Under the pieces are notes generated by a model that was given only the letters and a program-made list of their open reading frames with translations, had not been told where the DNA came from and did no database searches. DNA of 63,881 nt, counting the filler, from Folioceros fuciformis (Eukaryota), in assembly GCA_049999805.1 (NCBI GenBank). It is 6 parts of 6 records of this genome, joined end to end, with 100 filler letters (N's around TTAATTAATTAA, not from the genome) between each part and the next. Parts side by side here need not be neighbours in the genome. Positions count along the whole stretch, not along the records: positions 22,479 to 37,086 come from JBNGIO010005874.1; 5 more parts are not named here. One strand, 5' to 3'. The translations under genes and the position numbers were made by a program. This document shows positions 24,643-37,186 of the stretch, in pieces. How positions within the stretch are numbered: the first letter of the stretch is position 1; each line of letters opens with the position of its first letter.

Positions 24643-26881
24643 CTGCACCACACCGCGAATTCAGGTCTAGGCATCGCAACACGGGTGCCAGCATTTCCAG
24701 AGAGAAGCAAATCCCACTCAAGACCTTCAACGCAATGGAACCTTGATGCAACAAAAAGTGAGGACAGCACGGGACAAACAGCAACGTCCCAGAGATTTGC
24801 TGTCACTTGCCATCCACACGCAGCAAGCCAACCAGACACGCTGCTACTCCAAACTGGAAAAGATAAGCGCGACCTCTAACCCGCACATTACTTCACNNNN
24901 NNNNNNNNNNNNNNNNNNNNNNNNNNNNNNNNNNNNNNNNNNNNNNNNNNNNNNNNNNNNNNNNNNNNNNNNNNNNNNNNNNNNNNNNNNNNNNNNGACA
25001 TTCCCTTCCCTCCGACCACAGCGCAGCGAAAGCGCAATTCCCTTACCGCCAGACTCCGCGTCCAGCACCCATAATCCCAACTCCCCTCAAGAGTCCCAAC
25101 CCGGGACCCAACTGGCCAAATTGCGGCCTCCGGCTCCGCCTCCTACCCCCGCATCAACTCCCAAACCCGGCACCAGCAGCGAGAATCGCAATGCCGCCCC
25201 AGAATGAGCCTACCGGGCGAGCGTGGGTGGCAAGGCAGGACGGGATCACGCACTTTTTCCCGGAGCCCAACTGGTGGGCGATGATGCGCAAGAGGCTAGG
25301 CCAAGCAGGAAGCGCGNNNNNNNNNNNNNNNNNNNNNNNNNNNNNNNNNNNNNNNNNNNNNNNNNNNNNNNNNNNNNNNNNNNNNNNNNNNNNNNNNNNN
25401 NNNNNNNNNNNNNNNNCCAGGTTGCGGCTCAATGCACGGATTAATCCTACAAGTCTAGGTTGAACTCCATTCTACCATCGCCAGCGCAGGCAGCGATGTG
25501 GGAAGTCGTGCGGCCACGCGCAACATGAGCACGACTCCCTCACTCACTCGACTCCCTTCACATCAGGCCCGGGACGGGACGTCCCAAGAGCAGCAAGCGC
25601 CCTCCATTTCCGCGAATCTGGCCACACCCACGTTGGCACAACAGCCCGTTCCCCCGCCCCTTCTTCACCATCGTCACGTCCCGGCGCATGGTAAACCTTA
25701 ACCCGGTACGAGTCCTACCCTACCCTCGGACCGGGCCGGGCCGTACCTTCGGTACCGGACCGAGCATTCAAAACCCCGACCTGCGCCAGGGATACTCTGC
25801 AGGAACAAGATACATACGCACATTACGTGCGCGATCTGGCCACCAAACTTTCTGTACCGACCCACCTCGAATCCGGCGAGCGCGCCCCGGTCCCGGCGCC
25901 CGACCACCTCGGCCGCACCACCCAGGCCCAGGCCAGACGCGGGCTTTCGCCAAAGTCAACCAGAATGGCCGGGACACGGCAGCCACCCAGGCCGTCGGTA
26001 GGTCCGGGCAGCGACCTCCTTGCCCCGGTCCCGGTCCCGGCGCGAGAGGGAGGGAATTCTCCGACCCTGCATTTATCAACCCGGGGTTAAAATTTCAAAC
26101 AGCGAGGCTTCCCGCTATTCCTGGCCCCTCTCGCGACGTGCTCGCAAGAAGGCGACGACATCGGCCGACGAAGCGGGGTTTGAATTGCAGTGTGATGCGA
26201 ATGGCCCGGTCACGACTGGGCTGATGGGCTGGGGGCTCAACTGGGCTCCGCCACCCGTACAGTGGAGCGCTTTTACGCACATAGCGACCTGTGCTGGGCT
26301 GGGAAAAGGCACGCACTTCGAAACCCCATGCTGTTTGCAATGGGGAAGTGGAGCAAACTGTACCCGGCAATTTTCAAACCAAGACCTGCCGCTGCCCCTG
26401 CCTCGGGTTCCCCCATTGGACTTCCTCACCATCATCAAATCCTGTCGTCCGTGCCCGATATGCGCCAGATTTTTCAAATGTACAAACCGGTACAATAATA
26501 TTCTACATACATATGCAAGTTCATGTATCTTGTCAAGCCTCTTCCTCTTAGCTTGCGTCAACAAGAAGAGCCCGCAAACGATGGATGTCTCCAGCTGAAG
26601 TTCGTTATGACAAACTTAGTGGGTAGGTTGTCTACTTACAGTACATGCACGCATTTCTCTCATCCATTGGGAACCCTGATTATCCATCTACATCTCCCCG
26701 AGCAGGATCATTCCAAGAGAGGGTGTTGGATTATGAGCACCCATTTCCCTTCCATGGGATTCATTCCTCCGGTCCATAAGACTGGTTTCCTTATCCAAAC
26801 CCACGCATATCTGTCACCTCCCTTCCAGTTGCATCAAACGTAATTTGCAAGCGGGTTTGTGCTATGAAGGTCTATCGTATC

Positions 26882-26962
26882 GCCCACAATGCCTAGTAGT
26901 GCCCACAAAGGCAGTACTAGTGCCCACAAAGCCTAGAAATGCCCACAAACTTTGTGGGCACC
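26882..26962. repeat. Four ~20-bp-spaced GCCCACAA direct repeats plus one inverted copy
   Basis: gcccacaat..gcccacaaag..gcccacaaag..gcccacaaac followed by tttgtgggcac. Confidence 0.75.
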
Positions 26963-28418
26963 AGGACACTGGGCTGTCCTCCACAATCACGTCTCCACAA
27001 TCACCTCCCTTCCAGTTGCTTTTCACAGATGGAACTAGTACAGGCCTGTGTGAGGCACGAAGCAGGGCAGACGAAAGTCAATCAGCAGAGTCATGTGATT
27101 GTGGCCAGGTACCGTAGAGATAGAAATACAGCATGTATGTATGTATGTACACATGTACATACAAGGATGGGAGTTAATAAAACACTGCTGGGTGTCAGGA
27201 GGCTGCAGAAAGACCGCATTGCAGAAGCAGGTGGAGTCCGGTACTTGTACTTCGATCCAGGCTGCTGTTCCGGCCGCCCGTGTTGATGGTGTAAGGCCAT
27301 TTATGGCGGCAGCAGTGGCGTGATCAGCCTGCCTTCATCACCCCACTGCTACCGCCAGGCTGCACTGCAGGCTTTGTTACACAAATTGTCATGCCACAGA
27401 CAAACGTTTCGGAATCTAAAGGGAGCCATTAGATCATAACCTTCCAACGGGAAGTCGTTTGAGCCTAGCCTTAATTATCAGACGGCCTCTGTGATGGCAG
27501 GGCCGGCACCCCGGAGTACTGCATTCAATGCGCTTGGGGCCCTCTCGGGCAGCGAGCTGCATTAAACTCCTGTGTGAACGCGGTTGCCAGATTCTGATTT
27601 GGCGAATATTTTTGGCGATTCGAGTCGTACGCGGACGGTCCGATTCCGTCGTCCCGGTCATCCGGTCACTCGTACACGATGATTGATTAGTGTAATGGGC
27701 GGTGGGAACTGTAACGCGCGAAGGGAGGCGACGGTTCGTATCATGTTGTTTACAAGCCGTGTCAAGACCAATGATCCAGGTTCGTTAGCGCATGATAGCC
27801 GCCGTCTATTTCCGTCCGTTGCCGGAACTCGCGGTGCGGTTGTTGTGAGAGAGGGCAGGGAGTGTGGTCACCGGTAACAGCCGGTTTGCCAGTTTCGAGG
27901 GTCCCGTAACGGATCGGATTTTGTGGGACCTTGACGGGGGGCCACCGATTGGACTCCACCCTCTCCATACGTACAGCGATGGAGTTAACTTGGTGTCGGT
28001 GTGATTCTTGACCAGCGGTTGGCTGCCTTCAGGTGCGCCGAGCGGGCCGGGCACGATGGTCGGGTGGGCCCTGGTTCCGTCGTGTGTCACGCTCCGAAAT
28101 TCTAAACTCATATCCAATACTGAGGTGAGATTTGTGATTATCTTAATTCAAACCAAGGAGGATGACATAAGACGAAACGGGACGAGGAAACACAACGGAT
28201 ACCGTCACGAGTGACATCAAGAGGAGGATGCCGTTGGATACCCCACGCCACATCCCGAGCTCTTTGAACGTGGTCGATGGGACAAAATTGGTGACTCAGG
28301 GCTACTACAGCCGCGCGTGCCCAAAGCATTTCACGTCCCTGAGTATCTTCCGGGGTCCAGGATGCCGAATGCTTGCGAGCGGGTGAGGGATGAGTGACTG
28401 CTGAGGATGACGAGCTTG

Positions 28419-31400
28419 TCAGTGTACCTTGAAACCGACTCTTCGCTTGGGTGCCTCCAAGTCCTTCACGGCTTTGGTCAGTCTCCAGAGCTGTGAGTAG
28501 ACGTCGTGGCGGTTTGGGTGGTCTTGGTCTTCCACAAGGAAGCTGTAGACCCTGTAGTCGACCTCAATCCAGGTCCTCCCGGGTGTTTTCTTCAGTCCTG
28601 CAGCCTTCATTTTCCGCCGGATTTCGGCCTCCTCTTCCTGCTTTTCCGCCAGTCCATACAAGCTTGACATGATGACATATGCGGCACTGTTCGTCGGGTC
28701 CAGTTCCATGATGCGCTCAAAAGCGTGCTTTCCCAGCTCCACCTCGAAGTACGTTCGACAAGCGCCCAGCAGTGCCATCCAGACATTGACATCTGGGTTA
28801 GGGACCAGATGGTCGATGAAGTCGGTTGCCACATCCAGGTATCCTGCACGACTGAAAAGTCCTACCATGCATCCGTAGTGGGCTGATGTGGGTTCAACTC
28901 CGTACTCCTTGGACATGGAGTCAAAGAGCTCCCAGCCCTCGGGCAATAGGCCCGCATGGCTGCAGGCGTTCAGCACACACAGGAAAGTGACATGATCCGG
29001 CTTGACGCCTGCCTCCTGCATTTCCTTCAACAGGCGAAGCGCATCTTCACCTGACCCATGCCGGGCATGGCCACCAATGAATGCCGTCCAAGTTACCACA
29101 TCCCTGGTCGGTAGTCCATTGAAGACCCTTAGTGCCACATCCATTCTTCCGCACTCGGCATACATGTTGACAAGTGCGCTTCCTAAGACTTCATCAATTT
29201 CTATGCCACTTTTCTTGAGCAGGCTGTGTGCAAGCATGCCTTGAGAGACAGCTGCGATAACAGTACAAGCCTTAATGATGGTCAAGTACGTCACTTTGTC
29301 TGCCATATTCAAATTCTCTTCTTGCATCTCTGTCCAAACGTCAATAGCCTCCTTATAAAGCTCTTGCTGAACATACCCACGGACAAGGGCATTCCATGAA
29401 ACTGTGTTCTTGTCTGGCAATTTCTCAAAGATTTTGCGAGCCTCATCTAGACTGCCACATTTCGCATACATGTCCATGAGGGTGTTGGCAACAGTCACAT
29501 CCAGTTCAAATCCACTCTCAGCTACCTGCGCATGAATCTCCTTACCCTGATCCAGGCCCCCACCTGTAGCCTTGAGGATGCTCAAAAAAGTCACCTCAGT
29601 TGGCTTGATGCCCTGCTGGAGCATCCTCTGAAAAAACTCCAGGGCTTCTTGCTTGCGCCCGTGCTGAGCATATCCAGCAATTATTGCATTCCATGATACT
29701 GCGTTCTTCTCAGGCATTTGCTCAAACACATTGTTCGCTTCTTCTAAGCTGCCACATTTCGCATACATGTCAATAAGCGTGCTCCCCACCTCTACGTCCA
29801 GGTCATGTCCATTCTCAGTCACCTGGCGATGAATCTGCCTGCCTTCATCCAGCGCACCAATGCTGCTGCAGGCCTTGAGCGCATTGACATACGTAATTTG
29901 GTTCAGCTCAACGCCCTTTTCTTGCATTTCCTTGAACAGTTCTAGAGCTTTGTCGCCCTGCCCATGTTGAGCGTATCCTCCGATCATGGCAGTCCATGAA
30001 ACAACATCCTTGTTTGTCAGCAAGTCAAACGATTCTCTTGCCTCATCCAAGCCCCCACACTTGGCATACATGGCAACAAGAGCGGTACTGATTGCTGAAT
30101 CCAAATCAACTCGACTAGAGATTATCTGAGCATGGATCTCCTTTCCCTGCTCCAAAAACCGAGGGGTATTACAAGCTCTGAGGGTGCTCAGAAACGTGAC
30201 AGCATTTGGTTCCATGCCCTGCTCTTGCAACTCCTGAAATAGCCGGAGAGCTTCTTGGCTCTCCCCCTGTTGCGCGTACCCTCCTATCATTGCATTCCAC
30301 GACACTATGCTTTTCCGATCAAGTTCATCAAACACATCCCTTGCATCGGTCAGGGTCCCACACTTGGAATACATGGATATAAGGCTGTTCCCAATCGCAG
30401 TATCTGTTCCTAGCCCAGAATCAATAATCTGCTGGTGGATCTGCTTCCCTTCTGCCAGAGAGCCTGTATTTGCACAAGACCTCAGAATGCTCAAATACGT
30501 AATCTTGTTCGGTGCTACTCCCTGCCTTTGCATCTCCTTGAAAAGATCCAAAGCTTCCTTATAAAGCCGAAGCTCAGTGTAGCCTGTGATCATCACAGTC
30601 CACGATACCACGTCACGCCTTGACAGTCCATCAAACAGCTTGTGAGCCTCGGCCATGCTGCCGCATTTAGCATACATGTTCATAAGGGCATTCACCACAA
30701 TCTCGTGTGACTCCAACCCCGACTCCGATACGTCCCCATGGACCTCCCGGCCGACATCCAGTGCCGTCGTGCTGGCACAAGCCTTCAGCACAGCCACGTA
30801 AACATGACTGCTCGGGCGAACCCCCGACCGTTTCATCTCCTTGTATAACTCGACTCCCTGCTCCCCTTGCTCAAGGTTAGCATGTGCCGTAATAATCCCG
30901 TACCAAGAATACTCATCCGGCTGGCTGATCTTGCGGAACGCCCTAACCGCATCATCCAAGCTGCCGAGAGATGCATACAACCGGATTAACGTGTTCCACG
31001 CGTAAGACTCCAACTCCAGTCCCCTAGCCGTCACTGTTGACTCCAACAACCTTCCATGAGCTAGACTCTTCCTCTTGAAACACTCCTCCGCCAGCTTAGT
31101 CAAGAGGGAGGCAGGAATGTCTACTCCCAGCTCCCCGATGGTGTCCAACGCATGAAGAGCCTCATTCAACTGCCCTTCCTCCTGCAGCCTGCTCAGATTG
31201 GCAACATGGTCCACGGATTCCACACTACCCTCCAGTTTGGTCACCGCAGACAGAAACCGGATACCATCCCTGCTTCTAGGCAGCTGGCTCCCCCGAGCAG
31301 CTGGATTGCTCCTCCCCTGGACACAGATTTCCCAAGCCGCCCCGGGCTTGGGCGCAGGGCACGGAAATCTGCGACACATGGCCCTTCCAACCCTGGAATT

Positions 31401-31448
31401 TCCAGTCCATCGCGCCGCCGCCGCGAGACGTAACCCTGCTTCCCACAT
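28419..31448 (-). CDS. PLS-class PPR protein, E+ type (PG box, no DYW deaminase), organelle-targeted
   Basis: 1009-aa intronless ORF with an Arg/Ala-rich presequence, many PLS triplets, E1/E2 and KKTPGRTWIEV...DQDHP. It stops before any HxE/CxxC. Confidence 0.93.
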   Translation of the reverse strand: MWEAGLRLAAAARWTGNSRVGRAMCRRFPCPAPKPGAAWEICVQGRSNPAARGSQLPRSRDGIRFLSAVTKLEGSVESVDHVANLSRLQEEGQLNEALHALDTIGELGVDIPASLLTKLAEECFKRKSLAHGRLLESTVTARGLELESYAWNTLIRLYASLGSLDDAVRAFRKISQPDEYSWYGIITAHANLEQGEQGVELYKEMKRSGVRPSSHVYVAVLKACASTTALDVGREVHGDVSESGLESHEIVVNALMNMYAKCGSMAEAHKLFDGLSRRDVVSWTVMITGYTELRLYKEALDLFKEMQRQGVAPNKITYLSILRSCANTGSLAEGKQIHQQIIDSGLGTDTAIGNSLISMYSKCGTLTDARDVFDELDRKSIVSWNAMIGGYAQQGESQEALRLFQELQEQGMEPNAVTFLSTLRACNTPRFLEQGKEIHAQIISSRVDLDSAISTALVAMYAKCGGLDEARESFDLLTNKDVVSWTAMIGGYAQHGQGDKALELFKEMQEKGVELNQITYVNALKACSSIGALDEGRQIHRQVTENGHDLDVEVGSTLIDMYAKCGSLEEANNVFEQMPEKNAVSWNAIIAGYAQHGRKQEALEFFQRMLQQGIKPTEVTFLSILKATGGGLDQGKEIHAQVAESGFELDVTVANTLMDMYAKCGSLDEARKIFEKLPDKNTVSWNALVRGYVQQELYKEAIDVWTEMQEENLNMADKVTYLTIIKACTVIAAVSQGMLAHSLLKKSGIEIDEVLGSALVNMYAECGRMDVALRVFNGLPTRDVVTWTAFIGGHARHGSGEDALRLLKEMQEAGVKPDHVTFLCVLNACSHAGLLPEGWELFDSMSKEYGVEPTSAHYGCMVGLFSRAGYLDVATDFIDHLVPNPDVNVWMALLGACRTYFEVELGKHAFERIMELDPTNSAAYVIMSSLYGLAEKQEEEAEIRRKMKAAGLKKTPGRTWIEVDYRVYSFLVEDQDHPNRHDVYSQLWRLTKAVKDLEAPKRRVGFKVH

Positions 31449-32317
31449 CCTGTCCCAGCTCGCCCTGCATCAGCCTGGCATCAGCAGCCTGGCCTTGGAA
31501 GCCATGAACTCGTGCGTACCTCACTCATGTTGCTGCACCACCAGCTCTCCCTCGATAATACGTTCAGGTGACAGATAGCTTAGCCGACCGCATTTGCCTC
31601 CTTCTCCCGCTTCCAGTCTGCTGCAAATTTCGCAACATGGATCAGGAGGGAACACAAACGTAGCCGCCGGCCTGCAGCCCCAACTCGTTCCCTAATCAGA
31701 AAGTCATTCGTGGGTGTAGATGTCTGAGAAATTTCATCTTTATTAAAGTTTGTTACGTAAATGCTTGCCGACTGCAAACGTTCATGTCGAACGAACAGTG
31801 TGACAAGAGACCGGCGCCTACTCGATCTATGGGTTGGAATTTGGTGCTAGAAATTCGTGGAAATAGGTCGGACAAGTCGCCGCCCTTACTGTAGCACAGA
31901 GTAACCTAATAGCTGCTTTGGCATCCACAATGCCTCAAGGGTTGTAAGGTGAACCTTCAGCATTCAGTGCAACTTTGACCAGGTCCATTGTGTACCTCTG
32001 ATTCAGAGATCGTATCTCTTACACCTGGAGGACAGAAATTTGACCCCGTACACAACCTTCGCTACATATGTGTGTCGTGTAAACCTGAGTCATCGACAGG
32101 TACGCGTATCTCGGAAGACATCCAACCAGGGAGCCAGCAATACCTGTGGACCTTTTATTGAAAGATGTAGGTCTCGTAAACCTGAGAGTATCAAATCAAA
32201 GCATATCCAACGCACTTGTAATCAAGAGGACAAGGATTCAACCCCCGTAAACCTCTTCTTCGGAGGTTTCTATCTCAGAAGTCTAAGAAACCAAAACAAT
32301 CCTTAGGTCGGATTCTT

Positions 32318-34076
32318 ACCAAGCTCCCTGCCCAAGCTGAAGACGATTATGTCTTGCGTAGTCCTGAGAGAATGTACGATCTTCTGCCTATTTCGATCCC
32401 CCCATGGGACAGGCGGGGATGGAGGGATCGAAGAAGACGGAAGACGGTACAGCATCTTAGTGAAGCACAACAAGTAAGGCTACCTGGCATCGTTGAAGTC
32501 TACAAGAATCCAGGTTTCTAGCAAACCTTGGAATTCTAGGCTGGTGACGATAGCTTGTTTTGCTGCTCTGAGAAAAATGGACACACTTCTATCTTCTTCC
32601 ATACGCTTGACCTCTTGGATGAATGGAAGATAGGAGGCAGTAAGCTACGATACAAAGCCTACCACTGAATCCAAGATTCTGACCAACCTCACAGTCCTCG
32701 CCGAGATCCCTCCCAAAGTGATGACGCTCGCTTCCTCAATAGATCTGAGAATGAACGGTCGCTACCTCCGCTTCCTTCGTAGACCTGAGAGAGCGTACAG
32801 TCTTCCATCGCCGGAAGACCTCCATTGCCTCATGGACGGATGGAAGTACTGAAGGCGTCCGAAGACACTGCATTGTCTCACAGTGGAGCGCCAGGGGGGA
32901 AAACGATGGGTAGCTGTAGCCCATAGCAGTATCCAGAATTCCTACACACCTCAGAATCATCGCATAGCCCCCTGCCCAAGCTGATGACCGCTTCTTCCGT
33001 TGTGCAAAAGGGAAAGCAGTCTCTAGTTTCTTCCATCGCCCACGTGAGTATCAAATCAAGTAACAGCATGTTCACTAAAGATGGAGCACGTGAGGAGAAC
33101 CGGTGTGATGCAGGAACCCGTGACAGAATCTAGGTGGCGACAACCCAGCCAAACCCAATCAATTAGTCGAGGCGCTGGCAACCTTATCACAAGCACAGAG
33201 CAACCAGAGCCAAGTAGACCACTGCATTTTCTGATCGCCAGCCTAATGGTTCTCTTGACCAGTGATGGAAATGAATCCTTCAGAGATTCCGCAGAAGGCA
33301 TGAAGTACATGACGACTGAGATGGACGCATCGCGCGCGATTGGCGAAGTCACGGGGATGGGAGATCAGGCGGACGACCTGAGAAGATGGTCGGGTGTCCG
33401 ATAGGCGATGACTGTGTATCCTCAGCTCCTCAGTCATGCCCGACCTCCCAGGAAAGCTCCGATCACGAAAACCGTTCCATCCCACACATCCCAACTGCCC
33501 GCAAGGGGACGCACGCAGGCAGTGGCATGTCATAATGTCCTCGTATAGTTGAGGATACTCCAGTTTCCAACACACCCCTCAATCTTCAACCTGCGACCAT
33601 GTGCGGTTCATCACCCGTCAGCAAACCATAGCCCTGCAATCCGTAAGCAGCGTGTGTGAAAGCGTCAGACAAAGGTTCACCGCCACCACAAAAAACAAAA
33701 CGGATCAGAGTAGCCAAAGCCAGCATCTTACCGAACACTATCGATCTGGCGAGCCACGACAAAGGGTACCCTGAACTAGAGCCGATGAGGGCACTGAGCT
33801 TAAACTCAGCCGGGCCACAAGCCGAGCGTCTGCCATAGTACTGTGCAATGGATGCAAAGAATCCACGTATGCTAAGAGAGGTAACCCTGCTCTCCGGGAT
33901 AGGAAACCAGAGCTGCGGTATGCAATAGATGCAGTCTCCGGAACATACGGGGTTTGCCTTCTTGGAGCTACCGCTGCTTCCCCGGCCAGGCGGAAACAGA
34001 ACCTCTTGGCGGACTGGCACGACCGCGCCGTAGCAGACGCTGCCCAGCTACCCGCCGTGGTCGCGAAGGCCGCCAT
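32318..34076 (-). CDS. Putative multi-exon gene of unknown function with transit-peptide-like N-terminus (3' end unresolved)
   Basis: N-terminus MAAFATTAGSWAASATARSCQSAKR. Several AG/GT-bounded open exons, e.g. LTASYLPFIQEVKRMEEDRSVSIFLRAAKQAIVTSLEFQ, ...TEEAVISLGRGLCDDSE and ...TTQDIIVFSLGRELG. Confidence 0.45.
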
Positions 34077-34202
34077 AACACCAGAAGACAATGGGCTCTA
34101 AGTTCTCCTGCATGAATTTAAGGCGTCCAAAACCCTAGGGCTTAATTAGGTCAAGGACTTCGGAGATTCGCACAGCAGGCGGAAGGTTTGAAGTCCAGCA
34201 CA

Positions 34203-37086
34203 TCAGGGCACCGAAAGCTCCGACTCTTTTATCTGCTCAGTTACCTCCTTCAACATGGCATAGATCTGTTTCCTTTGTATGTGGTTCCTGTCTTCCACAG
34301 AAAAAACGTGGACCTCGCTGTGCAGTTCCATCCAGCTGCGACCAGGCTCCTTTTTCGCACCGGCCTTCTGCATTTGTTTTCGAGTCTCAGCAGCTTTCTC
34401 CAACATGCCCGCGGCAGTGTAGATGTTTGACAAGAGAACATATGCTGCACCCGCTGTGCGATCTACCTGCAGAATGGTGTCAAAACATTGTCGTGCAACC
34501 TCCACATTGGTGTATATTTGGCAGGCCCCTAGCAAAGACATCCATACCACAATATCTGGTTGAGATGGAATTTCGCTGATCAAGGCTAAAGCCTCGGCGA
34601 AGTGCCCGGCACGACCAAGGAGGCCAACGATGCAGGCATAATGCTTCATCCCTGGAGCGATTCCAAAATCATGAGACATGGAACGGAATAGTTGGATGCC
34701 CATGTGTAATAAAGATGCGTGCCGACACGCTGAGAGCAGAGAAACAAAGATGACAGCATCTGGCTGCATGCCCTCAGCTTGCATTTGCTGGTATAGTTCA
34801 AGTGCTTCCTCTGCACGTCCATCCTGAGCATATCCTGCAATCATAGTGCTCCACGACACCAATTCTCTGATTGGCAAACTATTGAAGACTTCTCGAGCAT
34901 CTTTCAGACTTCCACACTTTGCATACATGTCAATCAGCGTGCTACTAATAGGCAAGTCTGACTCCAATCCGTACTCGATCACGAGCGCATGAAGCACCTT
35001 ACCCTTGTCCAAAGCTGCAATGCTGCAACAGGCCTTCAGAGTGCTTAGGAGAGTGATCCTGCTTGGCTGCAAGCCCTGTGCTTGCATTTGCTCAAACAGC
35101 AATAGAGCTTCCTGACCATTTCCGCACCGCGCATATCCTGCAATCATGGCAGTCCAAGACGTGACATCTCTTTGTTGCAATCTGTCAAACACTCGGCGTG
35201 CTTCCTCTATCCTGCCACAGTTGGCATAGAAATCAATAAGGGTGCTGCTAATATAGCTGTCCAATGGCATACCACTTTCCTTAAGATAGACATGGAGGCG
35301 TTCACCGTCCAGAAGAGCTGCTTTGTTGGAACATGCTTTGAGGACGCAGGCCACAGTGAACTTGTCTGGCAGCACTTCTTGCTGCATATGCTCAAAAAGA
35401 CGGAGGACTTCCTGGTCATCCCCAGACTGCACATATCCTGAGATCATTGCATTCCATGACACCAAGTTCCTTGTCTCCAACTGATCAAACAAACTCCGAC
35501 CGTCCTCCAGCCGCCCACATTTTACGTACATGTCGAGGAGTGCACATGCAACGAATAAATTTGAATTGAGACCTCCTTCACTGACCTGGGCATGGAGAAG
35601 CTTGCCTAGTTCTAACGCCTCTGTGCAAGCACATGCCTTTAAAAGGATCAAGAAAGTAGCCCTGTTTGGACAATGTCCGCTGCTGAGCATGTCGAAGAAA
35701 AATTGCAGAGCGGACTCAGGTTCACCGTGCTCAACATAACCCCCAAGCAAGACATTCCATGTCACCAAGTCCTTTGTCACCATTCGATCAAATACTTCCC
35801 TGGCATCTTCCAAGCTCCCGCATTTGGCATACATGTCCATGAGAGTGCTGCCTACGAAGACATCACATTCAAGCTGGAGTCTCAATGTGAGTTTATGAAG
35901 CAACCTGCCCTGATCCAGAGCTGTTGCATTCGAACACGCCTTCAGACTGCTGACAATTGTAACCTTGTCTGGCTGCATACCCCCCTGCTGCATTTGCTCA
36001 AGCAAATCAAACACCATTTGACCTTGTCCATATTGCGAGTACCCTGCAATCATTGTATTCCACGTAATCAAATCCTTTTGCAATAAACCGTCAAACACCT
36101 GACGAGCATCCTCCAAGCTTCCACACTTGACATACATATTTATCAGAGTGCTACAGACATGTGCATCCACTTCACGACCAGTCTTAACAATCTGAGCATG
36201 TAGCACTTTGCCCTGATCCAGAGCTGCAATACAAGAGCATGCTTTCAAAGTGCTGGCAAGGGTTACCTTGTCTGGCTCCATACCTTCCACCTGCATCTGT
36301 TGAAACAGTTCCAATGCTTCATGGCCCCATCCATGTTGCCCATACCCTGCAGTCATGATATTCCATGATACCAGATCCTTTATCGCCATTGTGTCAAACA
36401 CGGTTTGTGCATCCCCTAGCCTTCCACATTTTACATACATGTCCATGAGAGCATTCCCAACAAACACTTTCAACTGTAGCCCTCGATCTACAATGTCCGC
36501 ATGAATTGACTTGCCCCACGTCAGAGCTGCAGCTCTTGCACATGCTTTGAGTATAGCCACATAAACTTGGTCATCAGGATTTATGCCAGCTTTTGTCATG
36601 TCAAAGTACAGCAGAACAGCTTGTTCAGCTGAACTATGCTTGCTGTGTGCCAGGACGATGGCAGTCCACGCAAATTTGTCTGGGGTGGCAATCTTGCTGA
36701 ACACTTTACTTGCTTCCCATAGTTCTCTGCAGGAATCGTACATTCGAATTAGATGGCTTCCCAAGTACGGATCAGATTCAAGTCCAGTTTCCTCTATGAT
36801 AGCATGCACTTCCCTGCCAGCTGTCAAGTTTTTCAAGTGAATACAACCCTGTAACAGACGAAACAACAGATTGACGGGAATCGAGATCCTTTGCTGGTGC
36901 AATGCGACCAAACTTCGCAAGGATTTCTCCAGTTCCCCCTCGTCACCAAATCCACCGAAACGTTTCCAAAATTGCGAAGAGCCAACAAAGCCTTCAATGC
37001 TTCCACCCTGGCAAACCCCGGATACCACCTGATTCTGCTTAATGACGGTACCGTCTCCATTCCCTGATGAGACTACAGGACTTGCT
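34203..37086 (-). CDS. PLS-class PPR protein, E+ type (PG box, no DYW); 5' end runs into the gap
   Basis: The frame is open from the gap at 37087 through >940 codons of PLS repeats and E1/E2 to KKEPGRSWMEL...EDRNH; no zinc-binding motifs. Confidence 0.92.
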
Positions 37087-37186
37087 NNNNNNNNNNNNNN
37101 NNNNNNNNNNNNNNNNNNNNNNNNNNNNNNTTAATTAATTAANNNNNNNNNNNNNNNNNNNNNNNNNNNNNNNNNNNNNNNNNNNN

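Noticed and set aside
25688-26598. GC-rich ORFs of 178 and 192 aa upstream of RopGEF
   Set aside because: Low-complexity Pro/Arg/Gly translations in several overlapping frames, typical of GC-rich non-coding DNA.
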